From NCBI RefSeq assembly GCF_004010195.1, contig NC_057754.1:2379022-2399021 (forward strand): 20,000 nt of DNA, in the 5' to 3' direction. The notes beneath the pieces were generated by a model. The model did not search any database, was not told the DNA's origin, and was given only the letters and a program-made list of their open reading frames with translations. Positions 1-7,859 of the stretch are shown here, in pieces. How positions within the stretch are numbered: the first letter of the stretch is position 1; each line of letters starts with the position of its first letter. The translations under genes were made by a program, and so were the position numbers. Origin of the DNA: Chiloscyllium plagiosum (taxonomy: Eukaryota).

Positions 1-845
1 TAACTTGGAGAAGCGAGGATTAATCAGGGGTAGTCACAGTGGGTTTGTGAAGCAATATTGTGTTGTACAAACCTAATAGATTTTTTTGAGGGTAGTGACG
101 ATTGATGAGGGTTGCCTACATGGAAAAATGCACATTTATCATTTTGGTGGGAAGAATAGATGTACAGAGAATTTCTTAAATGGTAAGAGGTTTGAAAGTA
201 TAGATGTGCAAAGAGTGACCTTCAGTAAGCCACTGAAGGCTGCTGTGCTGATGCAGCAAGCTTTTAGGAAGGCTAATGGAATGATGTCTGTTATTGCAAG
301 AGGATTTGAGTACAGGACCAGTGAAGCCTTGCTTCAGTTGTAGAGGAGTTTGGTTGGAACACACCTTGTCTCAGGAAAGATATTACTGGCATAAAGGAAG
401 GGCAACAGATGTTCACCAGACTTGTTCCTGTCAGGGCAATGTTGCCCTTTAAAGAGAGATGAGAGAAACTGGGCCGACATCAAAGGCCTGTATGAAAGAC
501 TTTTTGGGAACATCAAACGATAAAGAGGTAATTTCATTGAAAGCTACAAAATGCATAAAAGAATAGACAGAGTGGATGCAGGTAATATATTTCCCCTGGT
601 TGGAGAGCCTGGAAACAGAGAAACAATTTGAAAAGGGGGATGCCATTTAGTACTGAGGTAGGAAGAAATTTGTTGACTCTGAGGTTGTACACCTTTGGTA
701 TTCTCTACTCTCGAGGGTTGTGGAAGCTCAGTGTTAAACTATATTTAAAGCAAAGGTTGATGTATTTTGGATTACCAGATTTGTAAAGGGTTATGGGGGT
801 AATGTAAAAGCCATGATCATGTTAAGTGGCAGAGCAGACTCGACT
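1..845 (+). mobile_element. Old, internally deleted CR1-clade LINE fragment (RT remnant through 3' UTR)
   Basis: Degenerate CR1 ORF2 motifs: 'LEKRGLIRGS..GFV', 'TNLIDF', 'YHFGGKN', 'KANGMMSVIARGFEYR'. It aligns by eye with the younger CR1 at 10085-11390. Many frameshifts, and a large deletion near 110. Confidence 0.85.
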
Positions 846-901
846 TTCTGAACAGTCCACTCCAAAATTTAATTGGCTACTGGCCTATGCGTATTCTCCA
901 G

Positions 902-1056
902 TCCCTATAACCCTCCCTGTCTGTGTAACTGCCTCTAACACCTATAACCTACCTCTGTAACCACCCCACCCTGGATCAGCAATCTTTCCAATGTCTGTAA
1001 CCTCCTCCAGCTCCTACACCCCCTCCCTATCTCTGTAACCCCCCTCCAGCACCTAC
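902..1056. repeat. Degenerate ~36-40 bp minisatellite (CCCTCCCTATCTCTGTAACCTCCTCCAGC-type unit) derived from an L2-like 3' region
   Basis: About 4 units containing (C)TCTGTAAC(C). The same unit recurs at 2141-2290, where it runs into an L2-like tail. Confidence 0.8.
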
Positions 1057-1162
1057 ATTCCAGGCCAGGTCGGGAGACTGCTAGGCCAGGCTGCTGAAAG
1101 ACTGCGGTGGCTCTTTTCTGAGCAGAGTCGGGGAAGGAGGTCATAGGGGTCACAGCGGCCAT
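1057..1162 (-). CDS. Candidate first coding segment of an unidentified gene (exon 1211->1057; MAAVTPMTSFPDSAQKRATAVFQQPGLAVSRPGLE plus a phase-1 base)
   Basis: On the minus strand: acceptor TGTGTTTTTGCAG| (AG at 1213-1212), ATGG start at 1162 and donor AAT|GTAGGT (GT at 1056-1055). Only this frame is open across the whole exon. It is a non-repeat, CpG-retaining island between two repeats. The protein is not recognised. Confidence 0.45.
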
Positions 1163-1259
1163 CGAACCGCGAAACAAAAAAATCCCCCTTTCACGGCAAA
1201 TAAAAGGGAAGCTGCAAAAACACATGAGGCAGAAATAGGGGGAATCTCAGCAGTGTATG

Positions 1260-1531
1260 TGGAGAGAGGGAGAAAGAGAAAGAGAGGGAGGGAGGGAGAG
1301 AGAGAGAGAGGAGGAAGGTAGAGAGACACAGAGAGAGAGAGGCAGTCAGGCAGGTACAGAGTCACAGAGAGAGACAGGCTGGTAGAGAGACACAGAGAGA
1401 GATGCAGGCAAGTAGAGAGACACAGAGACAGATGCCAGCAGGAGAGAGTCACAGAGAGAGAGGCAAGCAGGTAGAGAGAAACAGAAAGAGAGGCAGACAG
1501 GTAGAGAGAGAAGGAAAAGAGAGGCAGGCAA
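1260..1531. repeat. (GA)n-rich low-complexity repeat (AGAGAGACAC / GGCAGGTAG units)
   Basis: Almost pure purine GA runs with recurring GCAGGTAGAGAGA, running into the gap. Confidence 0.95.
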
Positions 1532-2140
1532 NNNNNNNNNNNNNNNNNNNNNNNNNNNNNNNNNNNNNNNNNNNNNNNNNNNNNNNNNNNNNNNNNNNNN
1601 NNNNNNNNNNNNNNNNNNNNNNNNNNNNNNNNNNNNNNNNNNNNNNNNNNNNNNNNNNNNNNNNNNNNNNNNNNNNNNNNNNNNNNNNNNNNNNNNNNNN
1701 NNNNNNNNNNNNNNNNNNNNNNNNNNNNNNNNNNNNNNNNNNNNNNNNNNNNNNNNNNNNNNNNNNNNNNNNNNNNNNNNNNNNNNNNNNNNNNNNNNNN
1801 NNNNNNNNNNNNNNNNNNNNNNNNNNNNNNNNNNNNNNNNNNNNNNNNNNNNNNNNNNNNNNNNNNNNNNNNNNNNNNNNNNNNNNNNNNNNNNNNNNNN
1901 NNNNNNNNNNNNNNNNNNNNNNNNNNNNNNNNNNNNNNNNNNNNNNNNNNNNNNNNNNNNNNNNNNNNNNNNNNNNNNNNNNNNNNNNNNNNNNNNNNNN
2001 NNNNNNNNNNNNNNNNNNNNNNNNNNNNNNNNNNNNNNNNNNNNNNNNNNNNNNNNNNNNNNNNNNNNNNNNNNNNNNNNNNNNNNNNNNNNNNNNNNNN
2101 NNNNNNNNNNNNNNNNNNNNNNNNNNNNNNNNNNNNNNNN
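1532..2140. other. Assembly gap (609 N)
   Basis: Run of N flanked by simple repeats. Confidence 1.
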
Positions 2141-2891
2141 GCCCCTACACCCCCTCCCTATCTCTGTAACCCCCTCCAGCCCTTACACTGCTCCCTTGCT
2201 TTGTAATGACCTCCAACCTCTGCACCTCTCCCATCTCTATAATTTTTAAGATCCCCTGCAACCCATTTCTGTAATCTCCAGAGTCCCTACAGCCATCTGA
2301 TATTTTTGCACATCCCTGGATTCCAGCCACTTGGGCAGTCCTCTGATTCCCATCACTCCATCAATGGGGGCCATGCTTTCAGCTACATGGGTCCCTAAGT
2401 TTTGGAATTCTCTGCCTAACAGCGCCAGGGACCTGATTCCAGCCTCAGGTAACTGTCTGTGTGGAATTTGCACATTCTCCCCGTGTCTGCGTGGGTTTCC
2501 TCTGGGTGCTCCAGTTTCCTCCCACAGTCCAAAGATGTGCAGGTTAGGGTGGATTGGCCATGCTTAATTGCCCCATGGTGTCCAGAGATGTCTAGGCTAG
2601 GTGGGTTAGCTATGGAAAATGCAGGGTTACAGGGATAAGATCGGGTGATGGGTCTGGGTGGGATGCTCTTCGGAGGGTCAGTGTGGACTTGATGGGCCGA
2701 ATGGCCTGCTTCCACACTGTAGGGAGTTCATTCTAAATCTGTCTCCTCTGACCTCTGTCAAGACGCTCCTTAAAACTGACCTCTGACGGAGCTTTGGGTC
2801 AGAGTTTGGGTTTGATGTCATTCCTGAGAAGCACTTTGGAATGTTTTACTACATCAAAGGCATTTAAATAAACACAGTGTTCCTGTTGTTG
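2141..2891 (+). mobile_element. L2-clade LINE 3' end with a locally amplified 5' subrepeat, split by a SINE at ~2413-2732
   Basis: 'GCTTTCAGCTACATGGGTCCCTAAGTTTTGGAATTCTCTGCCT' reads AFSYMGPKFWNSLP allowing one frameshift. The element resumes after the SINE with 'AAGACGCTCCTTAAAACTGACCTC' (KTLLKTDL). It ends in an L2-type tail 'GAAGCACTTTGGAATGTTTTACTACATCAAAGGCATTTAAATAAA...TGTTGTTG'. Confidence 0.75.
2413..2732 (+). mobile_element. HE1-like tRNA-derived SINE, 5'-truncated (A box missing)
   Basis: Central V-SINE-type core 'TGTGGAATTTGCACATTCTCCCCGTGTCTGCGTGGGTTTCC', highly similar to 5111-5431. CR1-type tail 'GGGCCGAATGGCCTGCTTCCACACTGTAGGGA'. Confidence 0.9.
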
Positions 2892-3789
2892 AAAGGAGCC
2901 CCCAGTTCTCGAATCACTTTTCAAATCTGCAGTCTATGGCTGGCTCAATTATTGACCGGTTAAATTGGTTCACTTGTCATGAAGTCGCTGCAGTTAATAA
3001 TTTTTATCCTTCTTTTGGAAGCGGTAAAGAGGAAGGAATTGGGTGAGAGGGGAATTCTATTACCACACACCCCCTTTGCCCACTGTTTCCAGACACTTGT
3101 CCCCTTTATTACTGAGTGGGTTAAAATGAGAAATGAGACGCCTTTCCAACACTGCTGAGTGATCCTTGTTTGTAATGAATTTTATGATTGACGATTGAGT
3201 GCATAAGAATCCTGGGACCTGTCCAGCATTTGCGAGTGGCAGAAAACCAGTTTAAACTGGATTAATGTCATTCACCTCTCTTACACCTGTACAAGAGTTT
3301 GCTGACTTGATCCATATTGATCAGCTGCTCTTCATTTGTCACTGTGTTTGGGGATATATATTCGCGTGTTCTTTCAGTCAGTATCTCTATCTCTGTCCAT
3401 GCCATTGATATAGTTTAATATGCTGAGATGGACGGTGGACAAAATATCTGACTCACTTCTGTTTTTCAGCATGTTTGATACAGAAGGTTGCATTCTCACC
3501 TAATACATTACAAGCCTGCATCATGAGAAAGTTCTCAGATTTGATTCCCAGGCTGCTCAAGATAGCCAACTGTGGGGGTGGGGGATTGAGTGGAGGGGGG
3601 GGAGTGGATTTAAGATAAAAGTAGCCCTACGTGGTTAGCTTTGCCGAATTCACTCAGCATTCTGAGCAGAACTTAACTCTGCCTCTGACAAATCCTTCCA
3701 GACCATGTTGGACCAGGGCTGGAAAAAAGGAGCATCCTGAAGGCTAATGGGACAGGGTTGGTAAAGCTTGCTTCAATTGTGTGGAATCT

Positions 3790-4306
3790 TTGGTAGACTG
3801 CACCTCGAATATTGTGTGCAATTTTGGTCCCCTTACTTTAGGAAGGATGTTATTGCCACAGAGGGAGAGGAAAAAAGTGTTCCCTGGACTATCTATGAAG
3901 AGAGATTAGAGAAATTGAGCCAGTATTCTCTAGAGCTTTGAAGAATGACGTGATTTCGTTGAGAACCCATGAAATACTTAAAGGGATAGACAGAGGAGAT
4001 GTGCTGGAAATCACAGTAGGTCAGGCAGCATCCATGGAGAACGTGCACACTAATGTTTCGAGTCTAGGTGACTCTGATGAAGAGACATCTCGACTCCAAA
4101 CATTAGCCTGTTCTCTCTGCACAGATGCTGTCTGACCCGCTGTGATTTCCAGCAATTTTTGTTTAGAATTCTCTCCACTCAGTCATTGGATATGTTTCAA
4201 ATAGAGATTGATAGATTTCTGAATGCCAATGACGAAAAGGATTTTGGAATGGTGTGGGAAAAAGACATTGAAGTGGATGGTCAGCCATGATAGTATGGAA
4301 TGGCAG
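3790..4306 (+). mobile_element. Old CR1 3' fragment, interrupted at ~4000-4165 and at 4307-6257 (continues at 6258-6328)
   Basis: 'LEYCVQFWSPYFRKDV' at ~3804-3851. CR1 3' UTR-type text 'GAGATTGATAGATTTCTG...CAGCCATGATAGTATGGAATGGCAG'. Confidence 0.8.
4002..4154. mobile_element. Head-to-head (palindromic) Penelope-like pseudo-LTR pair with decayed hammerhead motifs
   Basis: TGCTGGAAATCACAG (4002) and its reverse complement CTGTGATTTCCAGCA (ends 4154) form imperfect ~70-bp arms. CTGATGAAGAG lies at the centre (4074). Confidence 0.8.
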
Positions 4307-4373
4307 GAGGCTGGAAGAAGACAGCAAGCCAGGCAGCATCAGGAGATGGAGAAGTTGACGTTTTAAGCTAGAC

Positions 4374-4500
4374 CAAAAGTGAGGACTGCAGATGCTGGAG
4401 ATCAAGATTAGAGTGTTGCTGGAAAAGCACAGCAGGTCAGGCAGCATCCGAGGAGCAGAATAATCGACGTTTAGGGCAGGAGCACTTCATCAGGAATGAG
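4374..4500 (-). mobile_element. Solo Penelope-like pseudo-LTR (~130 bp) with a mutated hammerhead
   Basis: Minus strand reads ATTC-CTGATGA-A-GTGC-TCCT-GCCC-TAAA-CGTC-GATT (G12->T). Possible TSD AGCTAGA at 4366-4372 and 4515-4521. Confidence 0.85.
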
Positions 4501-4574
4501 GCCTACAACCTTCGAGCTAGAGGTCAGGGTGAGTAGTACAAGCTGCTAACCAAGTTAAGATTCAGGGTGAGTTT

Positions 4575-4845
4575 GAATGTTGACACCGAGGTTAGAATAA
4601 GACCAGATGCTGAGATTGGAAATCAGAGACAGTCCGGGTGTTAAGATTGGAGTTTAGAACACATCTGGGTATTAAGACTGGGGTTTAGGATAAAGCTGGG
4701 TGTTGAGACTGGGGTTCATTACCTACCTGGATGTTCAGAGCACTCCTGGATATTGAGACAAGAAATTTAGGATGTATCTCGGTATTGAAGGTGGGTTTTC
4801 AGCAACTTTCTGCCTATTGAGACTAGGGTTCAGGAAATCTCAAAG
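4575..4845. repeat. Highly degenerate ~31-bp minisatellite
   Basis: Recurring GG(G/A)T(G/A)TT(A/G)AGAYTGGRGTT(T/C)AG at ~31-bp spacing (e.g. ~4636, 4667, 4698, 4748, 4780, 4812). Confidence 0.75.
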
Positions 4846-5110
4846 TTATAATTAGGATTCAGGTGCACAGATGTAATTGTTTATTGAGTTTCTGAATCAA
4901 ATTAAAATTTGTTCAGGTTATCCTTATACTTTGCTATTGTAGGGATTGAGTTGAGTGATATCATCCAAATAAAAGCAGAAGTTGTTTGAAAGCCCCCAGT
5001 GTCTGTTAGGAAAATTGGGCTGGTAATGTTGAACAGAAGCCCTGTTCTACTGCAACAGTAGTAACCCTGCCAACTCTATGGGCATTTAAATGGTCATTGG
5101 ATAAACATAT

Positions 5111-5431
5111 GGGCAGCACGGTGGCTCAGTGGTTAGCGCTGCTGCCTCACAGCACCAGGGTCCAAGGTTCGATTCCAGCCTCGGGTGACTGTCTGTGTGG
5201 AGTTTGCACATTCTCCCCGTCTCTGCGTGGGTTCCTCCGGGTGCTCCAGTTTCCTCCCACAGTCCAAAGATGTGCAGGTCAGGTGAATTGGCCATGCTAA
5301 ATTGCCCATAGGTTAGGTGCATTAGTCAGAGGGAAATGGGTCTGGCTGGGTTACTCTTTGGAGGGTTGGTGTGGACTTGTTGGGCCAAAGGGCCTGTTTC
5401 CACACTGTAGGGAATCTAATCTAAAAATCTA
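5111..5431 (+). mobile_element. Full-length HE1-like tRNA-derived SINE
   Basis: Pol III A box TGGCTCAGTGG (5122-5132) and B box GGTTCGATTCC (5166-5176). V-SINE core, CR1-like tail 'GGGCCAAAGGGCCTGTTTCCACACTGTAGGGA' and terminal (AATCT)n. Confidence 0.95.
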
Positions 5432-5439
5432 ATATGGAT

Positions 5440-5530
5440 AATAATGGAGCAGGGTAGGATGAATAGGCTTCGGATTGGTTCCACAGGTCAGCACAACATC
5501 AAGGGCCGAAGGGCCTGTACTGCGCTGTAA
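5440..5530 (+). mobile_element. Short CR1-type 3' tail fragment
   Basis: 'CAGCACAACATCAAGGGCCGAAGGGCCTGTACTGCGCTGTAA' has the same terminal stem-loop motif as the other CR1/HE1 tails. Confidence 0.65.
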
Positions 5531-5701
5531 TAGAGTCATAGAGCTATAGAGATGTCTGTGTTCTCTCAGTGTAACCCTTCTTCAGGACTGAGGAAGGGTT
5601 ACACCCGAAAAGAAAGTGAGGTCTGCAGATGCTGGAGATCAAAGTTGAAACTTTATTGCTGGAACAGCACAGCAGGTCAGGCAGCATCCAGGGAACAGGA
5701 G

Positions 5702-5737
5702 ATTCGACGTTTCGGGCACAGGCCCTTCTTCAGGAAT
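5702..5737 (-). ncRNA. Minimal type I hammerhead ribozyme motif, intact core
   Basis: Minus strand reads ATTC-CTGAAGA-A-GGGC(CTGT)GCCC-GAAA-C-GTC-GAAT. Confidence 0.85.
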
Positions 5738-6051
5738 GAGCAGAGAGTGTTCAGCAGGAGAAAATAAAAGGTAGGGAGGAGGGACTTGGAGGAGGGGCGT
5801 TGGAAATGTGATAGGTGGAAAGAGGTCAAGATGAGGGTGATAGGTCGGAGTAGGATGGAGGCGGAGAGGTCTCTACTGGACCTCCAAAAGGACCTCTACT
5901 GTTCTTCATCCACAGAAGACCTCTCCGCCTCCATCCTACTCCGACCTATCACCCTCACCTTGACCTCTTTCCACCTATCACATTTCCAACGCCCCTCCTC
6001 CAAGTCCCTCCTCCCTACCTTTTATCTTCTCCTGCTGAACACTCTCTGCTC

Positions 6052-6087
6052 ATTCCTGAAGAAGGGCCTGTGCCCGAAACGTCGAAT
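6052..6087 (+). ncRNA. Minimal type I hammerhead ribozyme motif, intact core; predicted cleavage after C6083
   Basis: Stem I ATTC(6052-55)/GAAT(6084-87), core CTGAAGA 6056-62, extra A 6063, stem II GGGC/GCCC, GAAA 6076-79, palindromic ACGT helix III and GUC triplet 6081-83. Confidence 0.85.
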
Positions 6088-6257
6088 CTCCTGTTCCCTG
6101 GATGCTGCCTGACCTGCTGTGCTGTTCCAGCAATAAAGTTTCAACTTACACCCGAAACATCGACTTCTCCACCTCCTGATGCTGCCTGGCTTGCTGTGTT
6201 CTTCCAGCCTCCTGCTTATTTACCTTAGATTCCAGCATCTGCAGTTTTTTTGTCTCT

Positions 6258-6328
6258 ATGATAGTATGGAATGGCAGAACAGATTTGATGGACTAAATGG
6301 CCTGCTCTTGTTCCTATGTTTATGTTAT
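6258..6328 (+). mobile_element. Distal 3' end of the CR1 that starts at ~3790
   Basis: Continues from the second TSD copy: 'GGCAGAACAGATTTGATGGACTAAATGGCCTGCTCTTGTTCCTATGTTTATG'. Confidence 0.8.
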
Positions 6329-6939
6329 AATGGATTCAAAGTCTGCTCGCTCAATCATTGGCTAGATTTGAACTGCTTGGTCTATCGTTTGTCATTTGAA
6401 ACATTGGTAGTGTCAGACTACAAAATAGAAAGCATCTCTGTGATATAGACGAGATTTTCGTTTTCATTTAAACTGTATTATGGTCTTTTCTAATAACAAA
6501 TATTGTCGACAGCCATAATCAAAGATTCTGGGTGTTACTATTGAATTACCATCCAAAACTGTAGTGTTTCCTTTGAGCAATGTACACCCTGTAGCTGTAC
6601 TCATTCAGTTGAGGGACAGTGCTAACTGTGGTCAGCATGAGGTCTCTTTGACCTTGTTTGACCTGAAACTTTGAGAAAATCTGGGCCAATCCCTATGCAT
6701 CACTGTCTCTCCCACAACTGGTGGCTCTGACCTACTGTTGGGACATACCCATGGATGTTGATGAAGGAGTCTGGGATGAGGGCTAATAAATAGATTAATT
6801 CTGGGCAAGTGTGCAGAACAGTATCAGTCATCCAATGTCAATGAGGAGGAATTTACAAAGTTGATTGAAATTCCCATAATCTTATCTTGGTGTCCTTATC
6901 AGGAAATTATACACCAGTTAAGCCGAACATCTGGGAGAA

Positions 6940-7163
6940 TAAGGTCAGAAGTCAGACAACACCAGGTTATAGTCCAACAGGTTTAATTGAGATCACAAGC
7001 TTTTGGAGCATTGCCCCTTTGTTAGGTAGAGCGAGAGAGAAGCATACAGGCAGAGAATTTATGGGCAGAGAGATCAAAAAACCATACAAATGGTGTGAGT
7101 GGAGGGTCGAGAGGCTGAGTAATAAGTCTCTGCAGGAGATCATCAGAGTCAGACGGTGTGAGT
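6940..7163 (-). mobile_element. Penelope-like family B 3' UTR / pseudo-LTR with a decayed hammerhead
   Basis: Minus strand reads CTAACAA-A-GGGGC(AAT)GCTCC-AAAA-GCTT, then 'AAACCTGTTGGACTATAACCTGGTG', which is shared with 14930-15057. Confidence 0.75.
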
Positions 7164-7592
7164 AAAGTTGAGAGTGTGGTGCTGGAAAAGCACGGCAGGT
7201 CAGGCAGCATCCAAGGAGCAGGAAAATTGACATTTTGGACAAATGCCCTTGGTCAGGAATGAGGCTGGGAACCTTGGGAGTGGAGAGATAAATGAGAGGT
7301 GGGTGGGGCTGGGGAGAAAGTAGCTGAGAGTGCAATAGGTGGATGAAGGTGGGGGTAATGGTGATAGGCCAGAGAGGAGGGTGGAGCAGATAGGTGGGAA
7401 GGAAGATGGACAGATAGGACAGGTTGTGAGGGCAGTGCTAAGCTAGAAGGTTGGAACTGGGATAAGGTGAAGGGAGGGGAAATGAGGAAACTGGTGAAAT
7501 CCACATTGATGCCATGGGGTTGGAGGATCCCAAGGCAGAAGATGAGGCGTTCTTCCTCATGGGTGATAAGGGAGTGGTGAGGGAGGAGGCCC
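7164..7592 (-). mobile_element. Penelope-like family A 3' fragment: endonuclease C-terminus, pyrimidine-rich UTR and pseudo-LTR
   Basis: 'EEERLIFCLGILQPHGINVDF' (~7496-7558) matches the PLE GIY-YIG C-terminal E...L..L.P.G.N motif. It is followed by a pLTR homologous to 5642-5740, with a decayed hammerhead at ~7226-7260. Confidence 0.85.
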
Positions 7593-7730
7593 TCCATTTA
7601 TCTGTTCTCATAGCGTCTGCATGGTCTCGGCAATATACCATGCCTTGGGGGGTCCTTGCCTGCAGCATATGAGGTAGACAACATTGGCCAAGTTACTTGC
7701 CGTGTATGTGATGGGTGTGTTCCCACGGCA
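7593..7730 (-). pseudogene. Penelope-like GIY-YIG endonuclease N-terminal remnant
   Basis: Translating 7688->7593 gives ANVVYLICCRQGPPKAWYIAETMQTL*EQING, i.e. VVY...YI(G)ET with an in-frame stop. Confidence 0.85.
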
Positions 7731-7859
7731 GATACTCATGTATCTTCCTTACTGTCCTGTTTTGGCATCATCGCCTTGAAGAATTGTTACGATCTCTCAG
7801 CTTAAGTAGCTTGTACAGTTTTAGATTACTTATTACTGGTTAGACCCTCGGTATGTGAC

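Larger units (their letters stand above)
5611..6145. mobile_element. Young palindromic Penelope-like element (231-bp inverted arms) with a 12-bp TSD
   Basis: Arms 5642-5872 and 5917-6147 are reverse complements with 2 mismatches counted by eye, around a 44-nt loop. TTACACCCGAAA occurs at 5599-5610 and 6146-6157. Confidence 0.95.
4303..6257. mobile_element. Composite inverted-repeat Penelope-like insertion with a 20-bp TSD and nested inserts
   Basis: Identical ATGATAGTATGGAATGGCAG at 4287-4306 and 6258-6277. Left arm 4303-4363 is the reverse complement of ~6153-6215. Palindromic centre GTGTAACCCTTCTTCAG-GA-CTGAGGAAGGGTTACAC at ~5569-5604. Confidence 0.85.

Noticed and set aside
1402..2169. 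255-aa ORF
   Set aside because: Artefact of a GA-rich repeat plus the N gap.
3448..3490. Plus-strand branch point and acceptor (CTGAC...TTCTGTTTTTCAG); a similar acceptor occurs at ~14440-14459
   Set aside because: No convincing downstream donor or coding signal. Such motifs occur by chance.
4575..4845. Repeat-spacer-like periodicity
   Set aside because: Whole units are homologous and degenerate, so this is an old minisatellite.
5111..5185. tRNA gene (also 12001-12090, 12160-12236, 12935-13005)
   Set aside because: A/B boxes continue into SINE bodies, with no complete acceptor stem or poly-T terminator.
5611..6145. DNA transposon/MITE interpretation of the long inverted repeat
   Set aside because: The arms are homologous to the UTR/pLTR directly downstream of a PLE endonuclease C-terminus at 7164-7592. 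The left arm has ~30 extra bases, so the ends are asymmetric, unlike TIRs.
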